Shown here piece by piece: positions 42,881-43,386 of a DNA stretch of 43,386 nt. Source of the stretch: Azonexus sp. Its GTDB lineage: Bacteria > Pseudomonadota > Gammaproteobacteria > Burkholderiales > Rhodocyclaceae. The stretch lies in assembly GCA_036170495.1 (NCBI GenBank), contig JAVHPH010000252.1, one strand, 5' to 3'. The notes under the pieces are model-generated. The model searched no databases. It was given only the letters and a program-made list of their open reading frames with translations, and was not told the origin of the DNA. Positions within the stretch are counted from its first letter, which is position 1; every line of letters starts with the position of its first letter. A program made the translations under genes and the position numbers.

Positions 42881-43386
42881 TTAGCGCTCCATGGACTCCA
42901 CGACAGCGAGCGCCGTCATGTTAACCAGGCGACGCACGGTAGCCGTCGAGGTCAGCACATGCACCGGGCGGGCTGCGCCGAGCAAAATGGGACCAATGGT
43001 AACGCCTTCGCCACCGGTCATCTTGATCAGGTTGTAGGAGATGTTGGCGGCGTCGATGTTCGGCATGACCAGCAGGTTAGCCTCGCCCTTGAGCGGCGAA
43101 TCCGGATTGGCGGCGCGACGGAGATCTTCATTGAGCGCCGAGTCGCCGTGCATTTCACCGTCAACTTCCAGTTCGCCGCCCGACATGGCCAAGACCAGCC
43201 CGGCGGCGACACTCATCTTGCGGGCCGATTCGGAATTGCTGGAGCCGAAATTGGAATGCGAGAGCAGGGCAACCTTCGGATGGCTGCCGAAACGTTTGAC
43301 CTGTTCGGCCGCCATCAGCGTCATTTCAGCAATTTCCTGGGCGCTCGGATTTTCGTTCACATGCGTGTCGCAGATGAACAGCGAAC
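42881..43386 (-). CDS. maeB: NADP-dependent malic enzyme, C-terminal PTA-like domain (5' part outside window)
   Basis: PKVALLSHSNFGS, DGEMHGD.AL, ANLLVMPNIDAANISYN, GPILLG. Confidence 0.88.
   Translation of the reverse strand, partial: SLFICDTHVNENPSAQEIAEMTLMAAEQVKRFGSHPKVALLSHSNFGSSNSESARKMSVAAGLVLAMSGGELEVDGEMHGDSALNEDLRRAANPDSPLKGEANLLVMPNIDAANISYNLIKMTGGEGVTIGPILLGAARPVHVLTSTATVRRLVNMTALAVVESMER

Overview
GC-rich betaproteobacterial chromosome segment. Gene content and order suggest Rhodocyclales (Dechloromonas-like); this assignment is inference. Most of the window is housekeeping: thiE-hemL-gdx, SulP, mgtE-mtgA-aroE-tonB-rnb-yqiA-uppP, thiC with a TPP riboswitch, carbonic anhydrase, TetR-pcm-rhodanese-tolC, waaA/waaC, epimerase-glmS-apaH, an olsB/olsA-like pair, prmA-accCB-aroQ, mpl and maeB. 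An accessory block at about 12.4-21.1 kb holds a MacAB-TolC-like efflux module between two Spy/CpxP-like genes with CpxR-type boxes, an HNH nuclease with two coupled hypothetical genes, and a parDE toxin-antitoxin pair. The main unexplained signal is a dispersed ~37-bp motif, consensus approx. GCTACGGTCAACCGGAAAAAATGGCCAAAATTGAAAT (palindromic CGGTYRACCG core plus phased A/T tracts). I found 15 clear and 2 weaker copies by eye, in both orientations, between genes and inside conserved genes in several frames, which resembles a DNA-uptake-sequence-like chromosomal signal. Two copies carry a related 27-bp hairpin inserted at the same position, and two copies form part of an ~84-bp direct repeat that brackets parDE. 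All calls were made by eye; no searches were run.
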